From an uncultured delta proteobacterium (GTDB taxonomy: Bacteria; Desulfobacterota; Binatia; UBA9968): 64,000 nt of DNA. Made by a program: the position numbers and the translations under genes. The notes under the pieces are model-generated. The model did not search any database. It was not told where the DNA came from and saw only the letters and a program-made list of their open reading frames with translations. Positions within the stretch are counted from its first letter, which is position 1. Each line of letters opens with the position of its first letter. Shown in pieces: positions 28,646-38,270 of the stretch. The stretch spans positions 128,001 through 192,000 of the forward strand of contig CAVTUQ010000007.1 of assembly GCA_963737905.1 (NCBI GenBank), written 5' to 3'.

Positions 28646-30151
28646 ATGTCAAAGTCAGAAAAAAATCATCCGGAATCCTCTCTCGAGCAAGTCGAAGTGC
28701 GTCGACAAAAGCTCGCCAAGCTCAAAGAGACTGGCGGCTCTCTTTATCCCAACGATTTTCGGCCGAGCCATACGACCCGGGATATTCTCGCCGACTACGG
28801 AAGTTTGACCGACCAAGAGTTAGGCGACTTGTCGGTCGAGCCCCATGCAGCGGGCCGGATCATGGGAATCCGGAAAATGGGGAAAGCCGCATTTTTTCAT
28901 ATCCAGGATCGGCATGGACGGATCCAGATTTACGCACGAAAAGACCGGCTCGGAGATGAGGTTTATGCCCTGTTTCAGTCCCTAGATATAGGTGACATTG
29001 TCGGCGTTTGGGGTCATCTGTTCCGCACCAAGACGAAAGAATTGACGATCGAGGCCGTTGGATTGCGCCTGTTGACCAAGTGTCTGCGACCCCTGCCTGA
29101 AAAGTGGCACGGTCTTGCGGATGTCGAGGCGCGTTATCGCCAACGGTACGTCGATTTGATGGTAAATCCCGAAGTCAGAGATCTGTTCGAAAAACGTTCG
29201 CGCATCGTTCGTCTCGTTCGGCGCTTTTTCGAGGAGCGGGATTTTTTGGAGGTGGAGACGCCGATGATGCAGGCGATTCCCGGGGGGGCCGCGGCGCGAC
29301 CTTTCATTACGCACCACAACGCCCTGAACATGGATCTGTATCTTCGCGTGGCGCCGGAGCTTTTTTTGAAGCGCCTTCTGGTGGGCGGGTTCGAAAGAGT
29401 CTTTGAGCTGAATCGAAACTTTCGCAACGAAGGGGTCTCGGTGCGCCACAACCCGGAATTCACCATGTTGGAGTTCTATCAGGCCTATGCCACTTACGAC
29501 GATTTGATGCGTCTCACAGAAGAGCTTTTTATCGGCCTTGCCGAAGAAGTTGCGGGCACGCTGCAAGTGCCCTATGCGGATCACGTTATCGATCTCAAAG
29601 CGCCCTGGCAAAGGCTTACCCTCAAGGAGGCGGTGGTGAAACATGGCGGGGCCGACGAGCAAGAGATTGGAACACTTGAGGGGTTGCAGCGCTTGGCCAA
29701 GCGGGACGCCTTGCACGTCGACCTCAACGCCCCTTATGGCAATCTCCTGGTCGAGGTTTTCGAACAGGTTGCCGAGTCCCGATTAATCCAGCCGACGTTC
29801 ATCACCGGGTACCCGTTAGAGGTTTCACCGCTGGCAAGGAAGAGCGATGCGAATCCGGCCCTGGTGGACCGTTTCGAGCTCTACATCGGAGGTCGAGAGT
29901 TGGCCAATGCTTTCTCAGAGCTGAACGATCCGGCAGATCAACGTCAGCGGTTCCTCCAGCAAGTGGAGGCGAGAAAGGCCGGTGATGACACCGCCAACCC
30001 CATCGATGACGATTACGTCCGGGCTCTGGAGTATGGTATGCCTCCTGCGGCCGGCGAAGGGATCGGTATGGATCGGCTCATCATGTTTCTTACGGACTCG
30101 CCGTCTATTAGAGACGTCATTCTTTTTCCGCTGCTCCGGTCTCAACGCTGA
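28646..30151 (+). CDS. lysS: Lysine--tRNA ligase (class II)
   Basis: RYRQRYVDL, GGAAARPF, FRNEG, ELANAFSELND, GMPPAAGEGIGMDRL. Confidence 0.97.
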   Translation: MSKSEKNHPESSLEQVEVRRQKLAKLKETGGSLYPNDFRPSHTTRDILADYGSLTDQELGDLSVEPHAAGRIMGIRKMGKAAFFHIQDRHGRIQIYARKDRLGDEVYALFQSLDIGDIVGVWGHLFRTKTKELTIEAVGLRLLTKCLRPLPEKWHGLADVEARYRQRYVDLMVNPEVRDLFEKRSRIVRLVRRFFEERDFLEVETPMMQAIPGGAAARPFITHHNALNMDLYLRVAPELFLKRLLVGGFERVFELNRNFRNEGVSVRHNPEFTMLEFYQAYATYDDLMRLTEELFIGLAEEVAGTLQVPYADHVIDLKAPWQRLTLKEAVVKHGGADEQEIGTLEGLQRLAKRDALHVDLNAPYGNLLVEVFEQVAESRLIQPTFITGYPLEVSPLARKSDANPALVDRFELYIGGRELANAFSELNDPADQRQRFLQQVEARKAGDDTANPIDDDYVRALEYGMPPAAGEGIGMDRLIMFLTDSPSIRDVILFPLLRSQR

Positions 30152-30171
30152 AACTGCGGCGACACCCCTTT

Positions 30172-31422
30172 ATGCGATATGAACTTTTCATCGGCCTTAG
30201 ATATTTGCGCGCCCGCCGGCGCGAAACCTTTATCTCCCTAATTACCGTCATTTCAGTGCTGGGTGTCATGATTGGTGTCATGACTTTGAACGTCGTCATG
30301 GCGGTGATGACGGGTTTTGAAGAAACGTTGCGGGACCGGTTGCTTGGAATCAATGCACACGTGGCGCTGGTTAAATCCGGTGACCAGCTCAGGGACTACG
30401 AGAAACTTCTTGCGGAGGTGCAAAAAACAAAAGGGGTGGTTGCAGCTTCGCCGTCCATTTATGGACAGGTCATGCTGACTTCCGGACCCCGAGTCTCCGG
30501 GGTCGTTGTCCGTGGCGTTGATCCCGACAAAGTCAATCGAGTCGTGGATATCGAACGTTACATTAAACAGGGCAGCCTGCAAAACCTCAAGGAGCAACAA
30601 CCGCTTCAGGTCCAGGGTCGCACAATTCTGTTGCCGGGGGTTATCATAGGAACCCGGTTGGCCAATCAACTGGGTGTCTTTCTTGGGAGTCCCATCCAGG
30701 TGGTCTCTCCCCTCGGTAGTCCAACCGCCATCGGTGTCATCCCGAAAGTTCGCCGCTTTGTTGTTGTTGGGATTTTTGATTCCGGGATGAGCGAGATTGA
30801 CTCCACCTTGGTTTACATGAATTTGCAGGACGCGCAGAAGTTCTTTGAGCTTGGAGATGCGGTCACCAATATCGAAATTCGGGTGCAAGATGTCTACCGT
30901 GCTCAGAGCGTGGCCCAGGAGATTCAACGGCGATTGGGATTTCCCTACCTGACGGAAGACTGGTCCCGTCTTTGGCCCAACCTGTTTTCTGCTCTGAGAC
31001 TTGAGAAAACGGTTTATTTTTTGGTCTTGCTCCTGATGGTGCTGATCGGCGCATTTAATATTGTATCCACCTTGATCATGGTTGTGATGGAGAAGCGGAA
31101 GGACATTGCAATTCTTCAGTCGATGGGTGCGACTCGAGAGAGTATTCGAAGGATATTCCTCATCAAGGGCTGCGTCATCGGTGTGGTGGGAACCCTGCTC
31201 GGTGTACTTTTGGGACTGGCCATTTGCATATTGATTCAAAAATATAGCTTCATTGAGCTTCCCAAAGATGTCTTTCTCATTTCCACGGTCCCGGTGAGAA
31301 TTTACTTGAGCAATTTCCTGCTCGTGGGTTTGGCTTCGCTTCTTGTATGCCTGGTCGCCAGTATCTATCCGGCACGGCAGGCAGCAAAGCTGGATCCGGT
31401 TGAAATCATCCGGTATGAGTAA
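30172..31422 (+). CDS. lolE: Lipoprotein-releasing ABC transporter permease (single LolC/E-type)
   Basis: FIGLRYLRA, VMTGF, FNIVSTLIMVVMEK, IYPARQAAKLDPVEIIRYE. Confidence 0.9.
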   Translation: MRYELFIGLRYLRARRRETFISLITVISVLGVMIGVMTLNVVMAVMTGFEETLRDRLLGINAHVALVKSGDQLRDYEKLLAEVQKTKGVVAASPSIYGQVMLTSGPRVSGVVVRGVDPDKVNRVVDIERYIKQGSLQNLKEQQPLQVQGRTILLPGVIIGTRLANQLGVFLGSPIQVVSPLGSPTAIGVIPKVRRFVVVGIFDSGMSEIDSTLVYMNLQDAQKFFELGDAVTNIEIRVQDVYRAQSVAQEIQRRLGFPYLTEDWSRLWPNLFSALRLEKTVYFLVLLLMVLIGAFNIVSTLIMVVMEKRKDIAILQSMGATRESIRRIFLIKGCVIGVVGTLLGVLLGLAICILIQKYSFIELPKDVFLISTVPVRIYLSNFLLVGLASLLVCLVASIYPARQAAKLDPVEIIRYE

Positions 31423-32092
31423 TCTCCTGACAGTAAGAGATCTTCACAAATCGTTTGTCGAGGGCGGCGAAGTGATAGAGGTTTTGCGAGGGTTAGACCT
31501 TGAATTAAAACCGGGCGAACGGCTCGCGGTGATTGGGGAGTCGGGAGTGGGGAAGAGTACATTGTTGCATGTTCTCGGGACCCTCGATCGGCCGACTGCG
31601 GGCCACATTCTATATCACGGCAAAGAAATTCCGCTGAATGACGAAGCCGCCTTATCCCATTTTCGGAATCGGGAACTCGGTTTTGTTTTTCAGTTTCATT
31701 ATCTGTTGCCGGATTTTACGGCATTGGAAAATGTTATGTTTCCGGCGCTGATTCAGGGAATCGAAACGCAACGTGCCAAGCGCGAGGCGGAACAATTGCT
31801 GGAAGCGGTTGGCCTGAAAGATCGCATAAATCATCGGCCGGGAAAATTATCGGGTGGGGAGCAGCAGCGGGTGGCGGTAGCGCGCTCGGTGATTTTACAA
31901 CCCAAGCTCATTTTAGCGGATGAGCCTACGGGTTCATTGGATCTAAGAATCGGCGAGGAAGTCCAGGATCTACTCTTTCGATTGAATGAGGAGAAAGGCA
32001 TAGCCTTGATTGTCGCTACTCATAATCGGGAATTCGCCCAGAGAATTGGTCGTCAGGTGGAGCTTCAAAGCGGGAAGCTGGTCCGTTCATGA
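31415..32092 (+). CDS. lolD: Lipoprotein-releasing ABC transporter ATPase
   Basis: GESGVGKST, FQFHYLLPDFTALENV, LSGGEQQR, ADEPTG. Confidence 0.93.
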   Translation: MSNLLTVRDLHKSFVEGGEVIEVLRGLDLELKPGERLAVIGESGVGKSTLLHVLGTLDRPTAGHILYHGKEIPLNDEAALSHFRNRELGFVFQFHYLLPDFTALENVMFPALIQGIETQRAKREAEQLLEAVGLKDRINHRPGKLSGGEQQRVAVARSVILQPKLILADEPTGSLDLRIGEEVQDLLFRLNEEKGIALIVATHNREFAQRIGRQVELQSGKLVRS

Positions 32093-32181
32093 GATCGAGC
32101 CGAAGAATTAGCTTTACAAAAGTATTTGAATTTGTTACAAAAAGAGACCTTAGACGCGATTCCCATGGCTATCTACCGGTC

Positions 32182-34563
32182 ATGAAACCCCGATCAGAAT
32201 TCCATCGATTTTGGTTTCTAATTTTTCTCCTTATACTCGGTCCTTTAATGGGCTCTTCTAGTACGGGTATCGCCCAAGACAAGGTCGTCTTGAAAGAGGT
32301 CAAGATTTCGGGAAACCTGAGAGTTGAGGAGGACGGGATTCGCCTGCACATCAAGAACCGTCCGGGAGAGCTATTCGATCGGGCCGTCGTTGAGCAAGAC
32401 GTCAAGGCTATTTATCGCATGGGTTTCTTTGAAGATGTTCAAGCGGAAATTTCACCGGACGGTGTTTTGACCTATACGGTGAAGGAAAAGCCCTACGTCC
32501 GGGAAATTAAGATACAGGGCAATTCGCAGATTGGACGAGACAAGATCGAGACAGCCCTTGGAGTAACTCCCAGAACGATTCTTGACCGCGGTAGAGTAGC
32601 GGAGGGAGTAGACAAGGTTAGAAAGCTTTATAACGAGCAGGGCTATGTCAATGCTAAAGTGGACTATGCGCTTTCTGTCGAGTCCAGCAATCAAGCGGTG
32701 TTGGTGTTGGATATTATTGAAGGAACTCGACTTCTTATCAAAAAGATTTCATTTGAGGGTAATCGAACCTTCAGCGGCGGGGAACTCAAGGGATTGATGG
32801 CCACGAAAGAGGAGTGGATTTTCTCTTTTGTAACCAATCGTGGAGTTTTGGACCGTGATATCCTGACGAACGATATCGCGATCTTGTCAAATCATTATTA
32901 TGATCACGGCTATATCGATCATAAAATCGATGAGCCGATTATCCTCAGAGATCGAGACGGGCTTGAAGTGGTCATCCGGGTCGACGAGGGACAACAGTAC
33001 CGTGTGGGCAAGGTCGAGATTGGCGGCGAACTCATACAAGACGGCAAGCAGATGTTAAAGCAAGTGAAGCTGACAACAGGGCAGATTTTCCGGGGAAGCC
33101 GCCTCCGCGAAGACATTTCCTCGATCACGGATATGTATTCCGATAAGGGCTTCGCGTTTGTGCAGGTAGATCCTGTCACTAAAGTCAACGCGTCAGAGAA
33201 AAAGGTCGATGTAGCCTTGGTCATTACCAAAGGACCGCCGGTTTACTTCAACCGCGTCCTGATTGCCGGAAATACGAAGACTAGGGACAAAGTCGTGCGC
33301 CGAGAGCTCGAGGCAACGGAACAAGAACTCTATTCCGGCGCTAAGATTACGCAGAGCCGTAATGCCCTTCAACGAACGGGATATTTTGAAGACGTTCAAT
33401 TGACGACTAAGAAAACCGCTCAACCAGACACGGTTGACTTGCTGGTGGACGTCAAGGAGGGACCCACCGGGACCTTCAGCATCGGGGCGGGATACAGCGG
33501 CGGTAATGGGTTCTTGTTCAACGCGGGCATCTCGGAAAAAAATCTTTTCGGCCGTGGGCAAAGCGTCAACGGAAACTTTGCAATCGGATCCAAGCAACAG
33601 GATTTTGTCTTTAGCTTTAACGAGCCCTATCTCAATGATACCAAGGTCGCTTTGGGAGTCACGGGCTATAATACGCAGACGGACTATCCTGACTTTAATG
33701 AGAGAAAACTCGGCATGGCTGTGAGCACCAGTTATCCGTTAAAGGGCTTTACGTTTCCGGTTTGGGGGGACCGCAAGACCGAAGCGTCAATAGGGAGCGA
33801 CGAATTGAATCGCGACCCTCCCCTGACCATGTGGGATTACATGCGCGGCACGATGGCCTATGAATTTACAAAAGATACGATAAGCAACATTGAATCCGGG
33901 GCACCCGCTTCCATAGTCGATGCCAAGGGGAGTTCTCTGACCAGCGCGGTAATACCGGGTTTCACCTATGACAGCCGGGATCATTTCTTCAATCCGACAG
34001 AAGGAACCAAGTCCCTTTTCTCGGTCAAGTTGGCCGGATTGGGCGGCGATAGTCGCTTCATAAAAACTGACCTCGGTGCCCGCTGGTATTATCCGCTCTT
34101 CAAAGATCCTAACTGGGGAGGATCCTACGTTTTGTCCTTGGGCGGGGCGTTGGGTTATGGTATTGGATACGCCAATTCTAGCAGCGCGGGTCACGATCTT
34201 CCCCTCTTCGAGCGCTACTTCCCTGGCGGAATCAATTCCGTGCGGGGTTATGCCGATCGGAGCTTAGGTCCCAAAGAAAACGGTGACGTTGTCGGTGGTG
34301 ACAAGCAGGCCATTGCGAATGTTGAAATTCTGTTTCCAATCGCCGAGCAGTTCGGCCTGCGGGGCGTAGCTTTTTTTGATATCGGTCAAGCCTTTGCATC
34401 ATACCAGGACATAAGTTGGGGTGAGTTCCGCAGGTCCGTTGGGTTTGGCGCGCGTTGGATGTCTCCTTTTGGCCCTCTCAGAGTGGAACTCGGATTCCCG
34501 CTTAACAAAAAACCCGGCGATGACACTTCCGTGCTCGGGTTTTCGGCTGGCAATCTGCCGTAG
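32182..34563 (+). CDS. bamA: Outer membrane protein assembly factor BamA
   Basis: POTRA repeats (ISGN, IQGN, FEGN, IAGNTKTRD), NLFGRGQ, SVRGY, SPFGPLR. Start uncertain (the ORF opens at 32089). Confidence 0.95.
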   Translation: MKPRSEFHRFWFLIFLLILGPLMGSSSTGIAQDKVVLKEVKISGNLRVEEDGIRLHIKNRPGELFDRAVVEQDVKAIYRMGFFEDVQAEISPDGVLTYTVKEKPYVREIKIQGNSQIGRDKIETALGVTPRTILDRGRVAEGVDKVRKLYNEQGYVNAKVDYALSVESSNQAVLVLDIIEGTRLLIKKISFEGNRTFSGGELKGLMATKEEWIFSFVTNRGVLDRDILTNDIAILSNHYYDHGYIDHKIDEPIILRDRDGLEVVIRVDEGQQYRVGKVEIGGELIQDGKQMLKQVKLTTGQIFRGSRLREDISSITDMYSDKGFAFVQVDPVTKVNASEKKVDVALVITKGPPVYFNRVLIAGNTKTRDKVVRRELEATEQELYSGAKITQSRNALQRTGYFEDVQLTTKKTAQPDTVDLLVDVKEGPTGTFSIGAGYSGGNGFLFNAGISEKNLFGRGQSVNGNFAIGSKQQDFVFSFNEPYLNDTKVALGVTGYNTQTDYPDFNERKLGMAVSTSYPLKGFTFPVWGDRKTEASIGSDELNRDPPLTMWDYMRGTMAYEFTKDTISNIESGAPASIVDAKGSSLTSAVIPGFTYDSRDHFFNPTEGTKSLFSVKLAGLGGDSRFIKTDLGARWYYPLFKDPNWGGSYVLSLGGALGYGIGYANSSSAGHDLPLFERYFPGGINSVRGYADRSLGPKENGDVVGGDKQAIANVEILFPIAEQFGLRGVAFFDIGQAFASYQDISWGEFRRSVGFGARWMSPFGPLRVELGFPLNKKPGDDTSVLGFSAGNLP

Positions 34564-34621
34564 CGTGGCGCGTATTTTCGTTATTTCACCTGCCTAAATC
34601 GCAGCAATTCGGAGGACCCAA

Positions 34622-35134
34622 GTGAGATATTTTCTAGTTGTTATCTGTTTGTTTCTCTCTGCTGGAGTCGGTTGGTCGCAAGACAAGGTCAAGATCGGAT
34701 TCATCGACGTTCAACGTGCCATCAGCGAGTCGCAAGCCGGAAAGCGAGCTAAGGAAAGGTTCCAGGCCCAGGTTAAAAAAGCCGAGGCCGATCTGTTAAG
34801 AGAAAAACAGGAAATCGAACGGTTGAAGGCCGATCTCGACAAGAAGGGGCCTCTGATCAAAGACGAAGAAAAACGAAATTTAGAAGCCGACCTTCAGCGG
34901 CGCTATGTCAGTTATCAACGAGGCATGCAGGATCAGCAGCAGGACCTCCGGCAGAAAGAAGGTGAAATGACCACCGATATACTCAAAGAATTGGAGAAAA
35001 TTGTCAACGAGGTGGGGAAGGCGGAAAAATTTACTTTGATTTTGGAGCGCTCACAGATCCTGTACAGCGACCAGGGTATTGATATCACGAACCGAGTCAT
35101 AGAAGCTTATAATGCTCGAAGTAAGTCCAAGTGA
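34622..35134 (+). CDS. skp: OmpH/Skp periplasmic chaperone
   Basis: Signal peptide, KIGFIDVQR, coiled coil, DITNRVI. Sits between bamA and lpxD. Confidence 0.92.
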   Translation: MRYFLVVICLFLSAGVGWSQDKVKIGFIDVQRAISESQAGKRAKERFQAQVKKAEADLLREKQEIERLKADLDKKGPLIKDEEKRNLEADLQRRYVSYQRGMQDQQQDLRQKEGEMTTDILKELEKIVNEVGKAEKFTLILERSQILYSDQGIDITNRVIEAYNARSKSK

Positions 35135-36189
35135 CTGCGGCAGGGAAAACTCTATCTGAACTAGCCCAGCAGGTCGGGGGAAGAGTTGTCGGCGACGGGC
35201 GCATCGTCATCCGCAAGGCTGCGTCGATCGAAGAGGCTGGGCCCGGTGAAATTACTTTCCTCGCAAACCCTCGCTATCAGCCCTTGCTCGCCTCTTGTAA
35301 GGCGAGCGCGGTCATCGTAGGCCCCGGCATCGCTCTTGAATCCCGACACCACAGGAATTATCTAGAGGCTTCGGATCCCTATGTCGCCTTCGCCAAGATT
35401 TTGCAGTTATTCAATCCGCCGGCGAGTTACAATGAAAGTATCAGTTCCCAGACGAATATCGATCCTGCAGCCGCTTTAGAAGCGGGGGTGACAATCTTCC
35501 CTCACGTCTTTGTGGGTAAAGGAGCACGCGTGGGGGCAAGGAGCGTACTTTATCCAGGTGTATTTCTGGGAGAACACGTTCAAGTTGGACAAGATTGTGT
35601 GCTGCATCCGAATGTCGTTGTCCGCGACGGATGTCGGATTGGAAACCGCGTGGTATTGCATGCCGGAGTCGTCATAGGAAGCGATGGGTTTGGATATGCG
35701 GGGGAGGGTAAGCTGCGGGTTAAAATTCCACAAGTGGGAATCGTGGAATTAGAAGACGATGTGGAGATAGGTGCCAACACCACAGTAGACCGTGCTACCC
35801 TTGGAAGAACCCTCATTGGCAGGGGCGTCAAAATCGACAACCTGGTCCAGATCGCGCATAATGTCCTTGTCGGTGAAAATTCGATTATTGCCGCGCAAGC
35901 GGGCATAGCCGGAAGCACTCGAATCGGTAAGGATGTTATGCTGGGCGGCCGCGTTGGCATCATCAATCACTTGACCATAGGGGATGGCGCCAGGATTGGA
36001 CCGGGGTCGGGTATTCTCCAGTCCGTTCCACCTGGAGTTATGCGGTCGAGCGGGCTCCATGCTGCGCCTCATCGAGAATGGCTTAAGGTCATTACGCTCT
36101 TGCCGCAATTGCCGAGATTGTGGGCTGCTGTCCGGCATCTGGAGAAGAAGGTGTCTGAGCTAATCAAGTCAAGCCACAAGGAATCGTAA
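35131..36189 (+). CDS. lpxD: UDP-3-O-acyl-glucosamine N-acyltransferase
   Basis: Hexapeptide repeats, GSDGFGY, IPQVG, KIDNLVQIAHNV. Confidence 0.96.
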   Translation: MTAAGKTLSELAQQVGGRVVGDGRIVIRKAASIEEAGPGEITFLANPRYQPLLASCKASAVIVGPGIALESRHHRNYLEASDPYVAFAKILQLFNPPASYNESISSQTNIDPAAALEAGVTIFPHVFVGKGARVGARSVLYPGVFLGEHVQVGQDCVLHPNVVVRDGCRIGNRVVLHAGVVIGSDGFGYAGEGKLRVKIPQVGIVELEDDVEIGANTTVDRATLGRTLIGRGVKIDNLVQIAHNVLVGENSIIAAQAGIAGSTRIGKDVMLGGRVGIINHLTIGDGARIGPGSGILQSVPPGVMRSSGLHAAPHREWLKVITLLPQLPRLWAAVRHLEKKVSELIKSSHKES

Positions 36190-36193
36190 ACAG

Positions 36194-36631
36194 ATGCTGG
36201 ACGTTAAAGAGATTCTTAAATATATCCCTCACCGCTACCCGTTTCTGCTTGTAGACCGTATCGTCGAAATACACGGGGAAGACAGAATTGTCGGGATTAA
36301 GAATGTTTCCTTTAACGAACCTTTCTTTCAGGGGCATTTTCCCGCCCGCCCGGTTATGCCCGGAGTTCTTATATGCGAAGCCATGGCACAAGTCGGGGCG
36401 ATATTTGCACACAACGCACGCGGCGGAATGAATAGCGGCAAAGTCTTCGTCTTAACAGGGCTCGAACGCGTGAAGTTCAAGCGCCCGGTGGAACCGGGCG
36501 ATCAACTGCGATTGGAATTGTCCTGTTTGAAACGTCGCGGCTCCTTCTGGAAAATGCAAGGCGTCGCCACCGTCGATGGGAAAGTTGTTGCGCAAGCTGA
36601 AATCTCCGCCATGGAAATAGATATGCTTTAG
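36194..36631 (+). CDS. fabZ: 3-hydroxyacyl-ACP dehydratase
   Basis: PHRYPFLLVDR, FFQGHFP, MPGVLICEAMAQ. Confidence 0.97.
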   Translation: MLDVKEILKYIPHRYPFLLVDRIVEIHGEDRIVGIKNVSFNEPFFQGHFPARPVMPGVLICEAMAQVGAIFAHNARGGMNSGKVFVLTGLERVKFKRPVEPGDQLRLELSCLKRRGSFWKMQGVATVDGKVVAQAEISAMEIDML

Positions 36632-36658
36632 CCTTTCGGGTGAAGGACTGTTCCAAGC

Positions 36659-37435
36659 ATGACAAGGATTCATGAAACGGCCGTGGTTGACCGGCGTGCG
36701 GAGATCGATTCTGATGTCGAGATTGGACCGTATTCAATTGTCGGTGGATGCGTAAGGATCGGCAGGGGGTCACGGATCAAATCTCACGTCGTGATCGAAG
36801 GGCGAACGACTCTGGGCGAGGGTAACGTCATTTTTCAGTTCGCCACGGTGGGTTCGGTGCCCCAGGATTTGAAATACAAAGGAGAGCCTAGCGAGCTTAT
36901 TGTCGGCAATCGCAATACGATTCGCGAGTTCGTTTCCATCAATCCTGGAACCCAGGGAGGTGGAATGGTAACCCGGATTGGGGACCGCAACCTACTCATG
37001 ATGTATTGCCATATCGCCCATGACTGCCTCTTGGGTAACCATAATATCATCGCTAATGGAGCAACATTAGGAGGGCACGTCGTGATCGAAGACTATGTCA
37101 TCGTCGGCGGGCTCGTCGGAATTCATCAGTTTACGAGGATCGGCAGCGGGGTTATTTTAGGCGCAGGGTCGATGGTGTCGAAGGACGTGCCACCCTATTG
37201 TAATGCGACCGGCGATCGGGCCCGGCTGCGGGGCCTCAATTTGGAGGGGCTGAAGCGCCGGCGGGTGGAAAAGGAAACAGTTGAAGCGTTAAGGAAAGCG
37301 TATCGAATTTTGTTCCGCTCAAAATTAAAGACCCGAGATGCGATCGTGAAAGTTCGACAAGAATTGCCCGGCTGTGCCGAGGCGGAGCAGTTGGTGACCT
37401 TCGTCGAAAACTCCCAACGAGGCGTCTGTCGTTAA
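36659..37435 (+). CDS. lpxA: UDP-N-acetylglucosamine acyltransferase
   Basis: PQDLKYKGE, HIAHDC, LGGHV, HQF, GLNLEGLKRR. Confidence 0.96.
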   Translation: MTRIHETAVVDRRAEIDSDVEIGPYSIVGGCVRIGRGSRIKSHVVIEGRTTLGEGNVIFQFATVGSVPQDLKYKGEPSELIVGNRNTIREFVSINPGTQGGGMVTRIGDRNLLMMYCHIAHDCLLGNHNIIANGATLGGHVVIEDYVIVGGLVGIHQFTRIGSGVILGAGSMVSKDVPPYCNATGDRARLRGLNLEGLKRRRVEKETVEALRKAYRILFRSKLKTRDAIVKVRQELPGCAEAEQLVTFVENSQRGVCR

Positions 37436-37463
37436 CGGCCGGCAGCCCGTTTTATTACCACCC

Positions 37464-38270
37464 GTGAAAAAATTAGGGTTGATTGCGGGGAATGGAAAGT
37501 TTCCCCTTATTTTCGCGGAGCAAGCAACCAAGGAAGGCTATTCCTTGGTGGCCGTTGCGCATCGAGGCGAAACCGTCAAAGAAATAGACGATCTTCTGGA
37601 AGATGTTACGTGGATCTATGTCGGGCAGTTAGGAAAAATGATCCGGACATTTCTCCGTGCCGGAATTACGGAGGCGGTGATGGCCGGGGGGATTCATAAA
37701 GTTAAATTTCTGGAGAATTTTCGACCCGACCTGCGCGGGGCGAGGTTTTTGGCTCGGATCAAGAGCAAGGACGATGACGCGTTGCTTCGAGGTGTGGCTG
37801 AAGAGTTGGAAAGTGAAGGAATCAAGATTTTAAAGTCGACCCTCTGTGTGCCTCAGATCGTTGCCTCCGAAGGAGTCTTAACCCTACGCTCGCCGAGCGC
37901 AGCGGAGTGGGAGGATGTCCGGTTTGGGTTTCGCGTTGCCAAGGAAATCGGTCGCCTCGGTATAGGACAAACGATCGTGGTCAAGAAGCAAATCGTTGTC
38001 GCCGTGGAGGCCTTGGAAGGAACGGACGCCGCTATTGAGCGAGGCGGCAAGTTAGCCAGGTCAGGGTTTGTAGTCGTCAAAGTGAGCAAACCAGAGCAGG
38101 ATCTTCGATTCGATGTCCCGGCCGTCGGCGTTGCAACTCTGAGGCAACTTCGTGAGGCGGGTGGAACCGTGCTGGCCGTGGAGGCTGGCAAGACGATTCT
38201 TCTGGAGAAGGAGTTGTTACTCAAAAAGGCCGAGGAGCTCGGAGTTTCAGTGGTGGCACTCTGTGATTGA
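37464..38270 (+). CDS. lpxI: UDP-2,3-diacylglucosamine diphosphatase LpxI
   Basis: LGLIAGNGKFP, GQTIVV, VEALEGTD, KPEQDLRFDVP. Confidence 0.92.
   Translation: MKKLGLIAGNGKFPLIFAEQATKEGYSLVAVAHRGETVKEIDDLLEDVTWIYVGQLGKMIRTFLRAGITEAVMAGGIHKVKFLENFRPDLRGARFLARIKSKDDDALLRGVAEELESEGIKILKSTLCVPQIVASEGVLTLRSPSAAEWEDVRFGFRVAKEIGRLGIGQTIVVKKQIVVAVEALEGTDAAIERGGKLARSGFVVVKVSKPEQDLRFDVPAVGVATLRQLREAGGTVLAVEAGKTILLEKELLLKKAEELGVSVVALCD

Noticed and set aside
30253-31239. 328-aa minus-strand ORF (similar cases at 24621-25388, 28982-29716, 58795-59676 and 61596-62375)
   Set aside because: All lie fully antisense to well-supported genes and show no recognisable domain.
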